A stretch of 64,000 bases of DNA from Mytilus edulis. Lineage: Eukaryota. The first letter of the stretch is position 1. Each line of letters opens with the position of its first letter. The notes under the pieces are model-generated. The model made no database searches and was not told the DNA's origin. It saw nothing but the letters and a program-made list of their open reading frames with translations. Location of the stretch: assembly GCF_963676685.1 (NCBI RefSeq), contig NC_092352.1, positions 1,922,001 to 1,986,000 on the forward strand, read 5' to 3'. The position numbers and the translations under genes were made by a program. Positions 11,197-23,864 of the stretch are shown here, piece after piece.

Positions 11197-11430
11197 TTCT
11201 TTCTTATAATGAAAATTGCAGACGACGAGTTCTCGATAGTTTGTTTACACGTTACTAAGATGTTTATCGAAGAAGGCCGAGAATTCTTGTTAACCTTGAA
11301 AAAGTAGTTCCGACAGGTCACGAACTTTGATTATCCAATCAATTGCTGAGAACAAATTTCTCTCTAGAGACGAGAAATATTTTTCTCACACCGGTTGAGA
11401 AGTGTGAAAATAGCTCGAAAATTAGAGAAA

Positions 11431-11608
11431 AGATATTTATTGATTTTCAACCTATTATAGCACCATCATATTTATTCAATTGTTGTTTTATTATTTAATA
11501 CTTCCTTTGTGTGAAAATGTCATTCTGTATACCTTTGTTCATACATGTTGTGCTAATCTATTTGTTACAATAAAGAAAATTCATTATAAAAAACAAAAAA
11601 CAAAAGAA
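11431..11608 (+). mobile_element. Probable displaced 3' UTR and A-rich tail of the first L1, split off by the Crypton insertion
   Basis: aataaa at about 11569 is followed by an A-rich tail (aaaaaacaaaaaacaaaag). ORF2 at 5736 has no such tail before the Crypton starts at 5810. Confidence 0.55.
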
Positions 11609-11804
11609 AGAATCAAAATTATAGATAATTGAAAGATAAATATTAAATTTAAAGGAAGTTAAAAGTTTTTTGTTTGTTTTTGGTTCTTTATTTGCAGAGA
11701 TGAATTATGTAGTTCTTTCTCATGTAATAGACAATATATCATAATATGACAATTTTCTTTCTACTAATTTATGTACACATATACAATGTAAAAAAAATAT
11801 CTGA

Positions 11805-14800
11805 TCATTCATCGAAAAGAATAGCAAAAGCATTCCAACTTTTGTCAAAAATATCTACTCTTTTATTTTTAACAGCAATTATTTTTTCAGTGCTGTATAA
11901 AGATTTTAATTTACTTTGCACTGCCTGCATTGTCAAAGCGTTCTTAAAATATTTGCAGTTGAAAATATATTGTTTTATCTGCATATATATCAAATTTGCA
12001 GCATTCCCCCTAAATGATTTTGTAATATCCCCAAATAAAAAATATTTTAAGGTAAATGGAACACTTATACCATTTGACAAAAACCAGGAGTCAATTTCAT
12101 CAATGAATGTTTGAACAATCTCACAATTCCAAAATAAATGTACAATAGTTTCTACTTCTTCTTGACAAAAAATACAATTTGGGTTGTCAATGACATTAAT
12201 TTTATTCAAAAACTTATTTGTACCTAAAATATGCTGATTTATTCTATATTGTAACCACTGTAGTTTGGTATTTTTTGTGACTTTAAAAGGTAATTTGAAA
12301 ATTAATTTCCATTCATCTTCATCTACTTTTACAATTTGATCCCATTTTTTCTGACCCGTTGAAACTATTTTTAATTAATAGTGAATACATGTCTTTTGTT
12401 CCCCTTGAGCTTTTAAAAAAAATCTTGGCAAATGAAGGAATAAAAGGGGTGACTAGTTTATAATTATCAAAAACATAGCCTTTTCTTGCATTCTTTACAG
12501 CCGAAATTATGTTGTTATATTTCATAACATTTCTATCAATTTTAAATATTTCTTCTAACTGTTCCAAACTGAGAATATTTCCAGCATCTGATACAATGTC
12601 ATTAATGAAAAATATACCTTTATTCAACCAGTTTTTATAAAATACAGGTTTATTTTCTATTTTTATACAAGTATTCATCCACAATGGGCTTGACAAAAAA
12701 TATTCCCACATATTCTTTTCTTCTTTATCAACAATAATGTCCCATGCATGGAATACGTCCTGCCAAAATTTATTTTTCATCTTTACTTTAATGTTTGACA
12801 AATAACCATTTCCAAACTTAAATAATTTTTCTTGATTTATTATGGAAAATAAAACATTTTTCCATTTATTATTAGATTGAAAAAGTTTTCTAACCCATGT
12901 AGATTTGAGTGCTATGATGAAGGAATTAAGATTGATCATTTTCAATCCACCTTCACTGTAATCCTTTTGTAACAGCTCCTTCTCGACTCTATGAACAGGT
13001 GAATTCCAAATAAATGTAAAAATAAGCTCATTAATCTTTTTCACAATTTCTTGATTTGGGTTTGGCAATGTAATTATAAGGTGATTAAGGACAGGTAAAA
13101 TCAGAGTTATTACAACTGTAATTTTCCCAATTACTGTAAGATTTCTTTTTGACCATATTTTGATTAGATTTTTTATCTGCAAAACTCTCTCATTATAATT
13201 GATGTTAATAATTTTATCAAGATCTACGTCAAAATTAATACCCAATAACTTAAAAGATGTTGCACCCCAGGATAAATTTCTGTTTGGACAAAGTTTGTCA
13301 CTACAGTATCTTTTACTCCCAATCCAAACTACCTGTGTTTTAGAAAAGTTTATATTTAGCCCAGAGAGGTTTGCATACCAATCTAATTCATTTAAAGTTT
13401 GATTTAAGGACTGTTCACTTCCATCTAAAATAAGTGAAGTATCATCTGCAAACTGTGATAACTTATGTTCTATCCTAGTCACAGTTATGCCAGTAATATT
13501 TTTATTCCCCCGTATTCTAATTGCCAAAATTTCTGCACAAAGTATAAAAAGGTAGGGTGATAAGGGATCCCCTTGTCTACAGCCACGTCCTATTTGAAAA
13601 AAGTCTGAAAGATTTCCTCCCTGAATGACTGCAGATGAGATATTATTATAAAATACTTTAACCCAGTTGATAATAGATTCACCAAAATTAAAAAATTGCG
13701 ATACTGACAACAAAAAGTCCCAAGATAGAGAATCAAATGCTTTTTCAAAATCAATTAAAAGCAACCTGGAATGTTATGTTCATCTGTATATTGTAAAAGA
13801 TCATAAATCAATCTGATGTTATCCCCAATAAAACGCCCACTAATAAAGCCAGTTTGATCTAAATCAATCAGTTTGTCTAAAACTTTTTTAAATCTACTAG
13901 CAATAACCCCTGAACCAATTTTGTATACAGTATTAAGCAAGGAGATAGGTCTTGGTTTATTGTATTTTAGTAAGCATGTAATGATTCCCTGTCTTTGAGT
14001 CACTGATAAATGTCCCAAATTTGACCCATAATTTAAAGATTTAACAACAAAAGATTTCAAATCCTTCCAGAAAAACTTAAAAAAATCTGTTGAAAAACCA
14101 TCTGACCCTGGTGATTTATTATTATTCATTTTCTGTAAAGTAATGCTTGCTTCATTAGTAGTTATCTCCCCTTCTAAATTCAACTGTTCATCCACAGATA
14201 ATTTATTAAAATTTAAATCTTTCAAATCTCTTTCTAAATCACTCAGTTTACACCCATTGCCAATAGTATCCTTATTTTTGTATAAATTTTCATAAAAGTA
14301 TTTTGTCTCCTTTAAAATATCAAATTGGTTTGTAATAATTTTCCCATCATCTTTTTCGACTTTGGGAATTATTTTGCTTGTAAAATTTTTTGATTCAAGA
14401 CCGCAAAAATACTTTGTAGGTTTTTCACCTTCTTCAATCCACTGCACTCTAGAGCGTATAAATTTACCTCTAATCTTTTCTTTTCTTATACTTTCTAATT
14501 CTTGTTTTTTAATTTCTAAGCTATGTAATAAATTTTCTTCCAGTTTAGCTTCTAATATTTCAATATCACATAATAGATCTTTTTCCTTTTTATCCCTTTG
14601 TTTTTTCTTATAGCTTGAATAAGATATGGTTTTACCTCTAATTTCTAACAACAAAGTTTCAAGAAACAATTGACTATTTACTGTAAAATGGAGATCATCA
14701 TTACTAATCTTATGTATATTTTCAAAATTATAAACCAATGCACCATACTGTTTTTTAACATCTAAAATCTTATCTTTAACAATATTTATGTATTCAATAT

Positions 14801-16090
14801 CATAAAGTAATGAATTATTGAATTTCCAAAGTCCTTTACCTCGAACAAAAGGATTAAATTCAAATTCTAAAACTACCATGGAATGATCTGAACGATAACT
14901 AAGTTCAATTTTACAGTTTATTAAATTTGTCAACATACAGTCTGGAATAAGAAAAAAATCAAGACGTGCTTGTTTGAATGGTGATTTTTTTCTCCAAGTG
15001 TATCTGTTAAGATCAGGAAACAGTTCTCTGAAGGGGTCCACAAGGGACCAGTGATCTATAATTTCTAGAACTTTATCTCTGGCATTGGGATTATTAACAT
15101 GTAAATAATTACAGTAATCAATACATGGATCTAATACTAAATTAAAGTCACCACAAAGTATGTAACTTTCATTTCCAAAATCTTCAATAACATTCATAAT
15201 CTGATCATAAAAACCAGGACTGTCTACACAAAGATTAAAAAAATTTGTTTGTACTTCCCCTCACGCATTCACGATGTCCTCAATCAGAACCGATCCCCTC
15301 ACGCATGACTTAATGAAAAATGTAGTTTTGGGAATTATTAAGACGTCTAACAACACCGGACAGCGCACACGCCGCCAAAAACAACATTCATACCCACTGC
15401 TCGAAAAAAAAAACTAATTTGAACTTGTAGGTCTGTAAATAGAACCATTTCAAAATTGAAATGTCACTTTTTTAGGCAATTCCTTGTGGGACAACTGATT
15501 TTGTAGGAGTTCAACTCTACATACAACAGTAAATGATACATGTATCTCTTCGTTAAAGTATTCACCACAGCATAGCATTCTCCGAATTTCAATATTTTGA
15601 TCAGTTGAATAAGAAAATTGAGATTTAGAAATGTACATGCCTTTTGAAGCGGTGACAATTACTCCACTCAAGCACAACCGGAAAATCCTCTCACGGTTTT
15701 CATTGCAGAACCAAATGTTCTGCGTGTGTAGATTACCAGCCGTGCTACATTAGGTCCATATAATGACACAAGTGTAAGTTTCTGTTTATCTATTATAACA
15801 TCTAATGCTAAGTAATTGCCATTCAAGTCTTTTTTTTCTTTAAGCACTTTAAATTCAAAATTATTATTAAACATGATTGATACTCCTCGTGAATTTGAGG
15901 AAAAAGAAGAGAAAAAACAATCAAAACCCCACATGGATCTGACAGCATTCTCAATTTCAGTAGTAAAATGCGTATCTTGTAAGCAGTAAATATTAAAAAA
16001 TTTTGTTTTCAGTAAATTAAACACATCTTTTCTTTCTGCACTATCTCGCAAACCCTGACAATTTACTGTTAAAAGTTTCAGAGACCCCAT
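11805..16090 (-). pseudogene. ORF2 (APE + RT + zinc-binding domain) of the second L1; frameshifted and interrupted
   Basis: The pieces are 15668-16090 (TVNCQGL, LQDTH, LYGPN), 13755-15197 (GDFN, SDH, KSPGSDG), 12319-13764 (DFEKAFD, QGDPLSP, QFADD) and 11805-12209 (CIFC..ETIVHLFWNC). All are homologous to the 1933-5736 ORF. Confidence 0.92.
15227..15744. mobile_element. 518-bp non-coding insertion in the L1 endonuclease domain
   Basis: It splits LYGPNV|DSPGFY. Termini are CAC...GTG, flanked by cta/cta; an alternative reading is a 5-bp ctaca repeat with boundaries 15229-15744. Superfamily is unresolved. Confidence 0.8.
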
Positions 16091-16391
16091 ATTGAGGTAA
16101 ATACATTTACACTATACATGTACATACATGTATCGATATTCACATAATATTGAGAACACATATTCATCAGGCAAACAAACAAATGTTTTTGAAAACTATT
16201 ATCTTTAAGTAATTGTTGAAAAACTGAATAAAAACATAAATATAAAACTAAGATACCTCGCATCGTTTTATACTTGAAGTATAGTACAATTTTTGCAAAT
16301 TCTAGAGTTCTTATTTCCTTTTTTTGTTAAATTTATCAAATTTTTCTCATATTACAACTGAAAATTGTCAGAAATATTTTTTCCACAAATG

Positions 16392-18830
16392 TTAACGCCC
16401 AGACTTAAATTGTCTGAGTCTAAAGTTTATGTCGTCATACATCCCAAACTTTATCTGTTCCCCACATTCTGTTCTACCATACACACCACAATTAAAGTAC
16501 CAAACCTGTTCAAAATGATTGCCCTTCTCTAGCCTATGAATAAGCTCCATATTTCTTTGTGTGACATCATCAACAAATTTCACTTTCCCATTCAATTGCT
16601 TCCTAACACGCATAACACTTCTCTTCACATCACTATTAAAGAAGCGAACAATAAGTGGACTTGGCTCATGTACAGCTGGTAACCTATGTATTGCCACAAC
16701 ATCCCTCTCTTCTAAACTAACATCCAGATCCTTTTTTACCATTTCAATGAAATCCTTGCGAAGGTTTTGTCTATCTCTCCTTGGAAAGTTAAACACCTTG
16801 ATATTGTTTTTTCTGGAATATTGTTCGTTATAGTTGCTGCTCAAATTGGCTATCTTGGCAACTTTTGCTGTTTCTGCTAGGTCTACTTCTACTTCTACCG
16901 GATAATGGCCACAATCAACTAATTGAATATTTTGCCATGACTTCGGTGCGCATACAGACCCAACCCCCCTCCCCCCATATTGTTTGAATTTAGTTCAGCT
17001 TTGTCACCGAGGCTTTAAAAGCCTCGACTGACGGCGCTGACACTACCCCTGGAGGGAGACTGTTCCAATCTTTGATGGTTCGTGGAAAGAAAGAAAATTT
17101 CCGGTAATCATTTGATGCTGCTGGAATTTGGAAGCTTCTGTCATGCATATTTCTTGACAATCGTTTAGGTGGAATCAAACGATCTTCCTTTGTCACAGCA
17201 ACTTTCTCGTTTACTATTTTAAAGAGCATGGTTAGTCTTGCATCTTTTCGTCTTTGTTAGAGTGATCTCCATTCTAGGTGGTTTAGCATCTTGCTTACAC
17301 TTGAGTGATTTTGGTGTTTATTCATCACATAACGTGCTGCACGTCTCTGGACCATCTCTATTCGGTCTATTTCTGTTTTGTTGTATGGATCCCATACAGG
17401 ACTGACGTATTCTGTTATTGGTCTAACAAGTGTTTTGTACGCACTTTCCTTTACAGACGTTGATCCGATGTTCAGGTTTCGTTTTAGGAAGCTGATTGTT
17501 CTATTGGCTTTGTTGCAGATGTTGTTAACATGGTCATTCCATTTCATTTCGGACGTGAATGTGCAGCCTAGGTATTTTGCGCTTTTGACAGGTTCTAAAG
17601 TGTGACCATGTAATTTGTATGATGTTGCAATGGTGTTGTTTTTCCGGCTGATGGTGAGTACATTGCACTTGTCTGGGTGGAAGGCAATTTTCCATTTGGT
17701 TTCCCATATTGCCAATTTATCTAGATCTTTTTGTAGGTCGTTGGAATCTTTGTCGTTTGATATTGTAAGGTAGGCTATGGTGTCGTCAGCAAATAGGCCA
17801 ATAGTAGATTTAATTCCATCAGGCATGTCGTTGATGTAAAACAGGAATAGCGAGGGCCCAAGGACTGAGCCTTGGGGTACCCCAGATTCTACATCAATAT
17901 GTGATGAGCTCTCTCCATCCACTACTACTGCTTGTGTCCGATGTGATAGGAAGCTAGCAATCCACCTATTGACATTTCCTCTGATTCCGTAGTGTTCGAG
18001 TTTATGGACGAGTAGACTGTGACCAACTTTGTCGAAAGCTTTAGAGAAATCCATAATTAGTACGTCTGTCTGTTTACCTGCACTCATGTTTTTAGTGATG
18101 TCGTCCACAAATTCAATTAGCTGGGTTTCACAAGATCGTTTGGAGCGAAAGCCATGTTGTAATGGGTATAGAATTTGGTGGCGATCTGCATGGTTCATGA
18201 TATGGCTTGTGATTATGTGCTCTATGAGTTTGCAGCATATACAAGTCAGAGATATTGGTCGGTAGTTCTCTGCTCTATATCTCTCGCCTTTCTTGAAGAC
18301 TGGGCTAACATTGGCATTCCTCCAGTCAGATGGTCTGTCTTAATAGGGGTTATATGAGAGGACATTGCATCAAGTCTCTTTTTCAGGTGCTCATTTTCAA
18401 TAGATAAGGCCTCTGCTTTCTCTTCCATCTCTTTTTCAATTTTAGTAATTTTATCATTTAACTTTTTTTCCAGTGATGACTCAAACTTACTGAACAATTT
18501 CTTTACAATTCCAGTAACAAGATTTTCTAAGTCTGAAGTCTTGACAAGATCTTTTGTGACGTCAATCAAATGCTCTTTTGTAGTTACATCCCTCAAGCTA
18601 AATTTTATTTCATCAAGGTCTTTTTGAAAGTTAATAAGACCTAATAAATCCAGACTAGTGTTTGAGTCATTAGAAACTTCAGAGTGAGTTCTTTTTGCCT
18701 TAGGTTCTTTTTCATCTTTGTTGTCCTTTTTAGCTGCCAATAAAGTCTGAACACTCCTTACTGTTTTACTATGTGTAGGTTTAGTGGAAGTTTTATTTAA
18801 AGTATTACTGCCTCCAGGCATAATGACCAA
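16392..18830 (-). pseudogene. ORF1 of the second L1 (coiled coil + RRM/CTD-like), split by a CR1-group insertion
   Basis: A coiled-coil N-terminal part (18830-18335) rejoins ...DLAETAKVAKIANLSSNYNEQYSRKNNIKV...AIHRL...LIVRF, the typical L1 ORF1 EQYSR..N motif region. Confidence 0.8.
16885..18331 (-). mobile_element. 5'-truncated CR1-group non-LTR retrotransposon (RT pseudogene)
   Basis: Motifs: QHGFRSKRSCETQL, DFSKAFDKV, SGVPQGSVLGP, LFADD, SFFPRTIKDWNSLP. It has an (agaagt)n tail and a ggtct TSD at 16880-16884 and 18332-18336. Confidence 0.9.
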
Positions 18831-19429
18831 TAGGTGTGAGTATTAATCTAAAGTTGAAATTCTTTTTCCTTTATATATATATAATATATAATAAAGTCTT
18901 TAAGGAAAAGTCATTAATTTCACAATTTTAACATGTATAAATCCATCTTCAGATAAATCATTCCAATATGAATCACAAAATCACAAAAATTTGTACATCC
19001 ACACTTGATTAACAAAGAAATTTGCAAAAATTGCAAGAGCTGGCTTTTACAGTGTTAACAGCTCGGCGGCCATCTTGGTTGAGGCAAACTTAAGTTAGAG
19101 AAAGAAAACGAAAAATTCAGCAATGTTTTTATTTGTAAAGGGGCGTAACTCTAGATGGTAAAAGTGATGCCAACAAATTTCATATCTGACCAGTTTTTTT
19201 GTGGTAAAAAGCAATGTGAATAAATTTCGTGATATTTTGTTGAGGGAAACAAAAGTTCATCAGTTGAAACTAATTTTGGGACATACAGATGTACAGACAA
19301 GGGTAAAATATAATGCCCCGTCCGCTACGATAGGGGCATAACAACTGTCAATAGTCCAGTTAATCTAGCATAAATTTTACCCTAACCTTGAAGTAATTGC
19401 AACAGAAGATTTTCAAGTTTAAATCTTAA

Positions 19430-21502
19430 CCCTTTCAACGCTATACACGGCATATATCCACGATGACATACGCCGTCTGCCACTGCTATTCGCGGCATAT
19501 GCTGCGATGACAACTGATTTTTCATTAGGACTCTTAAACCATTCGGTTTTCATTCTTTAATTTTTCCTTGTATAAAAATCGAGGATTTGCAAGGTCTCAT
19601 TTGTACTTGAAATCATGGCAATTTTTATTGTAAAATCAAGCAGTAGAATGAAAATTCAAAGGAAAATAAAAACAAATATTTTGAAAAATGCAAATGGCGG
19701 AAATCAAAAACTAAGCTGTAAATATGGAAATATTTCAGCATTTCTATGGCGAAACTGACGAGGATTAGTTAAAAGGTTTCTGGTTAACTAAATGTGTTTA
19801 TTACATTAAATTTGTGTGGGAAATATGAATTGATCGATCATTACCAGACATAGACAAAGGGGGGAAAACGGACGGAGCCACTAATTTGTGCCACGATTAC
19901 ATAATACGTTGTGTATGGTGTAATATGCTAAGGAATCGGGCAATTGGTGTCTTCTTTATTATATGGCAGATAAAACAACAAAACAGATGAAGACTAAAAT
20001 TAGTTTTTATTCAAAATTCAACACAAATTCAATAAATTACACCTTTCACCTGGTAATAATCTGAAAATGCAGGTAACCTGATAAAAATTTTACTGAAATA
20101 ACTGCCTAACATTACAGTTCATATTCTCCTCAGCATTTTTCATGCAATAACTTTCTCTGTATCTCTTATAATAAATAAAGGGCTGCGCTTTAGCACATGA
20201 TACGCCCGTTGCTCTTTCAACTTGTCTTTTATGCTTTAAATGAATTTATATGATCAACTAGCAATATATATACAAATCAAAAGGGATGTTACATTAATAT
20301 ATTCACCAAAGTTTCATAAAATCCCCCTTTTTTAAGTATAAAAATTCATTACTTAAGAAAACATAAAATCTAAAATTTATAAAAATGGAAAGGAAGCTTA
20401 TGTCAATAGATATAAACAATTTATCAAAGTTGCATAAAATTTTGTGAAAGTGTTAGTTATTGTCCCAAAATTCGAAAATCCCCCCTTTTTTAAGCATAAA
20501 AATTCATAACACGGAAATGTAAAATCTGAAATTTATAAAAATTGAAAGGGAGCTTACATCAATAGATATAAAGAATTCACCAAAGTTTTATGGACATTGG
20601 TGAAAGCCTTTTTGAGTTATTGTCCGAAGTGTTGAAAATCCCCCTTTTTTTATGAATAAAGCCCCATAAATCCAAAACTTAAAATCTGAAATTTATAAAA
20701 ATCAAAAGGGAGCTTACATAAATAGATATAAACAATTCACCAAAGTTTCATGGACATTGGTGAAAGCCTTTTTGAGTTATTGTCCGAAGTGTTGAAAATC
20801 CCCCTTTTTTTTTATGAAAAAAGCCCCATAAATCCAAAACTAAAAATCTGAAATTTATAAAAATTGAAAGGGAGCTTACATCAATAGATATAAACAATTC
20901 ACCAAAGTTTCATGGACATTGGTGAAAGCCTTTTTGAGTTATTGTCCGAAGTGTTGAAAATCCCCCTTTTTTTATGAATAAAGCCCCATAAATCCAAAAC
21001 TTAAAATCTGAAATTTATAAAAATTGAAAGGGAGCTTACATCAATAGATATAAACAATTCACCAAAGTTTCATGGACATTGGTGAAAGCCTTTTTGAGTT
21101 ATTGTCCGAAGTGTTGAAAATCCCCCCTTTTTTATGAATAAAACCCCATAAATCCAAAACTTAAAATCTGAAATTAAAAAAAAACGAAAGGGAGCTTACG
21201 TCAATAGATATAAACAATTCACTTAAGTTTCATGGAAATTGGTGAAAGTGTTTTTGAGTTATTGTCCGAAGTGTGGACGACGGACGGACGGACGGACAGA
21301 CGGACGGATAGACGGACGGACAGACGGACGGACAGACGGACGGACGGACAACGGTATACCATAATACGCCCCGTCTAAAAGACGACGGGCGTATAAAAAG
21401 ATACAGCAGTCTGAAAAGGAATATACTGTTCTATTGAATGAACACAAAAGAAATGCAGCAGCAGCAGCCATTTTTCTATTTTTTTGTGTAGCGTTGAAAG
21501 GG
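19430..21502. mobile_element. Non-autonomous piggyBac-like element
   Basis: TTAA|ccctttcaacgcta ... tagcgttgaaaggg|TTAA. Confidence 0.88.
20172..21398. mobile_element. Helentron/HINE-like element with an internal ~160-bp tandem array (about 6 units)
   Basis: It has a subterminal atacgcccg and units spaced 160-162 bp (gttgaaaatc at 20631, 20791, 20953, 21113). A (GACG/GACA)n microsatellite and the terminal palindrome atacgccccgtc...gacgggcgtat precede an A-run. Confidence 0.8.
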
Positions 21503-22896
21503 TTAAGCATTATACCCAAATTATACAATGAAAAAAGTCCCATAAAGTCTAACTTGAGGAAAACTAAAAAATCATAATATTAAAATTCCTATGGATATTT
21601 GCATTGATATGGGAGGTAACCCTGCAAAAAATGGCAGAAATATCAATAAACACTTATAACTTTACCCCTTCTATTAAACATAATGTATTGATTCTTGATA
21701 ATTAAGCCTTATTTAGAGTACAACAAAGGACTCTAAATGTGTTTTCATATCTTTTACAATCTAGATTTCATAATTTTTTAGCTGACCATTTATTAGATTT
21801 TTCAGCATGTCAAGGTAAAGAATCTCAAATTAAATAAAATTAATTAAGAATATATTCTTCTTTTGGTGGTTTAAAATTTCTTTAAACAAGGTAGATGCTG
21901 AACTAATATAATTTACAGACATAAACAATACCAAATATTATATACTCTTATGCTCATGTAATGTACAAAACCGAAGTTATATGTGTATTTTTATTTTTTT
22001 ACCACATGTTATATGTCAAATACAAACTTATAACCTCATCAAAGTATCATATTTTACATGAATTTTAAGAAAATCAACCATAAACTTACAAAAGAAGACT
22101 CATTTTTGCGGAGTTATCTTCATTACCAATGTAAATTTCCATAAGAATTAAAAATGCAAAATTTGAGTTTTCCTCAAGTTAGATTTTATGGGACTTTTTT
22201 CTGTGTATATTTGGGACTTAATGCTATAGATTAGAACTGAAACATTTGCTTTTGCAGTTTGAGGTTCAGACTGGACTACAATTTTTTGAAAGGTATTTCA
22301 GGATTTTTTTACTTTATCTTGTATCACAACTGATTAGTTCAGGTGCTTTTTTTTTAATGAAGCCAGAAAATCTTATTGCAGAAAGGTAATTTACTTGAGA
22401 CTTTCTATTCAAACAACTGAAACTGCAAGCTACTGCTCACTGATGATACCCCCACCGCAAGACAATAATTTTAATAGTGTTCGGTAAACAGGAAGTTGTT
22501 GAGTGATGAATCTGAAAACGCATCACACGATAAAGCAGACTTGTATAAACCCTGAAACCAAATTTCACAAATCCTTGTATTGTAGTTCCTGAGAAAAATT
22601 TTCAACTTGACTATCATGTGTAAAAACATACAAGTGTTCAGTAAACAGGAAGTTGTTGAGTAATGAATCTGAAAATGCATCACACGATAAAGCAGACTTA
22701 TATAAACCCTGACACCAAATTTCACAAATCCTTGTATTATAGTTCCTGAGAAAAATTTTCAACTTGACTATCATGTGTAAAATCATACAAATATTCAGTA
22801 AACAGGAAGTTGTTGAGTAATGAATCTGAAAACACATCACACGGTATAGCAGACTTATATAAACCCTGACACCAAATTTCACAAACCCTTGTATTG

Positions 22897-23737
22897 TATT
22901 CAGGTATTTCACATCCAATTTTTTATGGTAATATTCTTTATAAAGCACAAAGGTGTCAGTATTCACCTAAGAAACTTACAAAACCTTTGAATAGACTTAT
23001 TAAGAAGGGATATAATTACGATACTGTTGTCAAGTCATTAAAGATTGCATATTTTGGCGTTAATATTGAGTCACTGATAAGGTCTTTGCATCGGAACTAA
23101 ACACATTTATTCTAAAAACAGTTGTTGGCATGACACGGGTTATGTTCTTCTCATATATGTTATGATGGTATGATACTAAACCCCTAACGGGAAGGATTGT
23201 GCCTGATGTTCATATGATGAAATCATAATCTTTCAGTCAGTTTAGTTGAAGTCTGGAGCTGGCATGTCAGTTAACTGCTAGTAGTCTGTTGTTATTTATG
23301 TATTATTGTCATTTTGTTTATTTTCTTTGGTTACATCTTCTGACATCAGACTCGGATTTCTCTTGAACTGAATTTTAATGTGCGTATTGTTATGCGTTTA
23401 CTTTACTACATTGGTTAGAGGTATAGGGGGAGGGTTGAGATCTCACAAACATGTTTAACCCCGCCGCATTTTTGCGCCTGTCCCAAGTCAGGAGCCTCTG
23501 GCCTTTGTTAGTCTTGTATTATTTTAATTTTAGTTTCTTGTGTACAATTTGGAAATTAGTATGGTGTTCATTATCACTGGACTAGTATATATTTGTTTAG
23601 GGGCCAGCTGAAGGACGCCTCCGGGTGCGGGTATTTCTCGCTACATTGAAGACCTGTTGGTGACCCTCTGCTGTTGTTTTTTATTTGGGCGGGTTGTTGT
23701 CTCTTTGACATATTCCTCATTTCCATTCTCAATTTTA
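22897..23737 (+). mobile_element. 3' fragment of a Penelope-like (Naiad-type) retroelement: ORF C-terminus and 3' UTR
   Basis: It encodes SGISHPIFYGNILYK...LNRLIKKGYNYD...HRN*. It is inserted inside a tandem unit (ccttgtattg|...|gttcctgag). Its last ~100 bp recur inverted at 26560-26663. Family assignment is from recall of similar peptides. Confidence 0.65.
23151..23217 (+). promoter_or_regulatory. Candidate eukaryotic SECIS element (type II)
   Basis: Helix I is tcatatatg/catatga and the core is ATGA (23162-23165)...TGAT (23204-23207). Helix II is ggtatgat/attgtgcc, with apical AAA (23178-23180) and a ccc/ggg mini-stem. It lies 50 nt downstream of the ORF stop. Confidence 0.75.
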
Positions 23738-23864
23738 GTTCCTGAGAAAAATGTGACGATATTTTTCAACTTTGCTATAATGTGTAAAATCATACAAGTG
23801 TTCGGTAAACATGAAGTTGATGAGTGATGAATCTGAAAACCCATCACACAGTATAGCAGACTTA

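Larger units (their letters stand above)
5810..11430 (-). mobile_element. Autonomous Crypton (tyrosine-recombinase DNA transposon; DUF3504/CryptonA-like)
   Basis: It contains a spliced YR gene. Termini tatagattc... and ...attagagaaa match the termini of related non-autonomous copies. No TSD is visible. Confidence 0.85.
11666..19080 (-). mobile_element. Full-length but decayed L1/Tx1-clade LINE with two nested insertions
   Basis: The 5' end is aaccaagatggccgcc (YY1-like CAAGATGGC) at about 19065-19080. ORF1 and ORF2 follow, then aataaa and an A-rich tail at about 11666-11693. Confidence 0.88.
19352..22278. mobile_element. Old non-autonomous TIR element, Academ-like (TAGTCCAG termini, 3-bp TSD caa)
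   Basis: Termini tagtccagt...actggacta are flanked by caa/caa. Long imperfect TIRs (aaaaaagtcccataaa.tctaacttgaggaaaact at about 21532; reverse copy at about 22166-22200) align once the piggyBac-like insert is removed. Confidence 0.65.

Noticed and set aside
21259-21543. ORF with SVRP repeats
   Set aside because: It is a translation of the (GACG)n microsatellite of a Helentron-like element.
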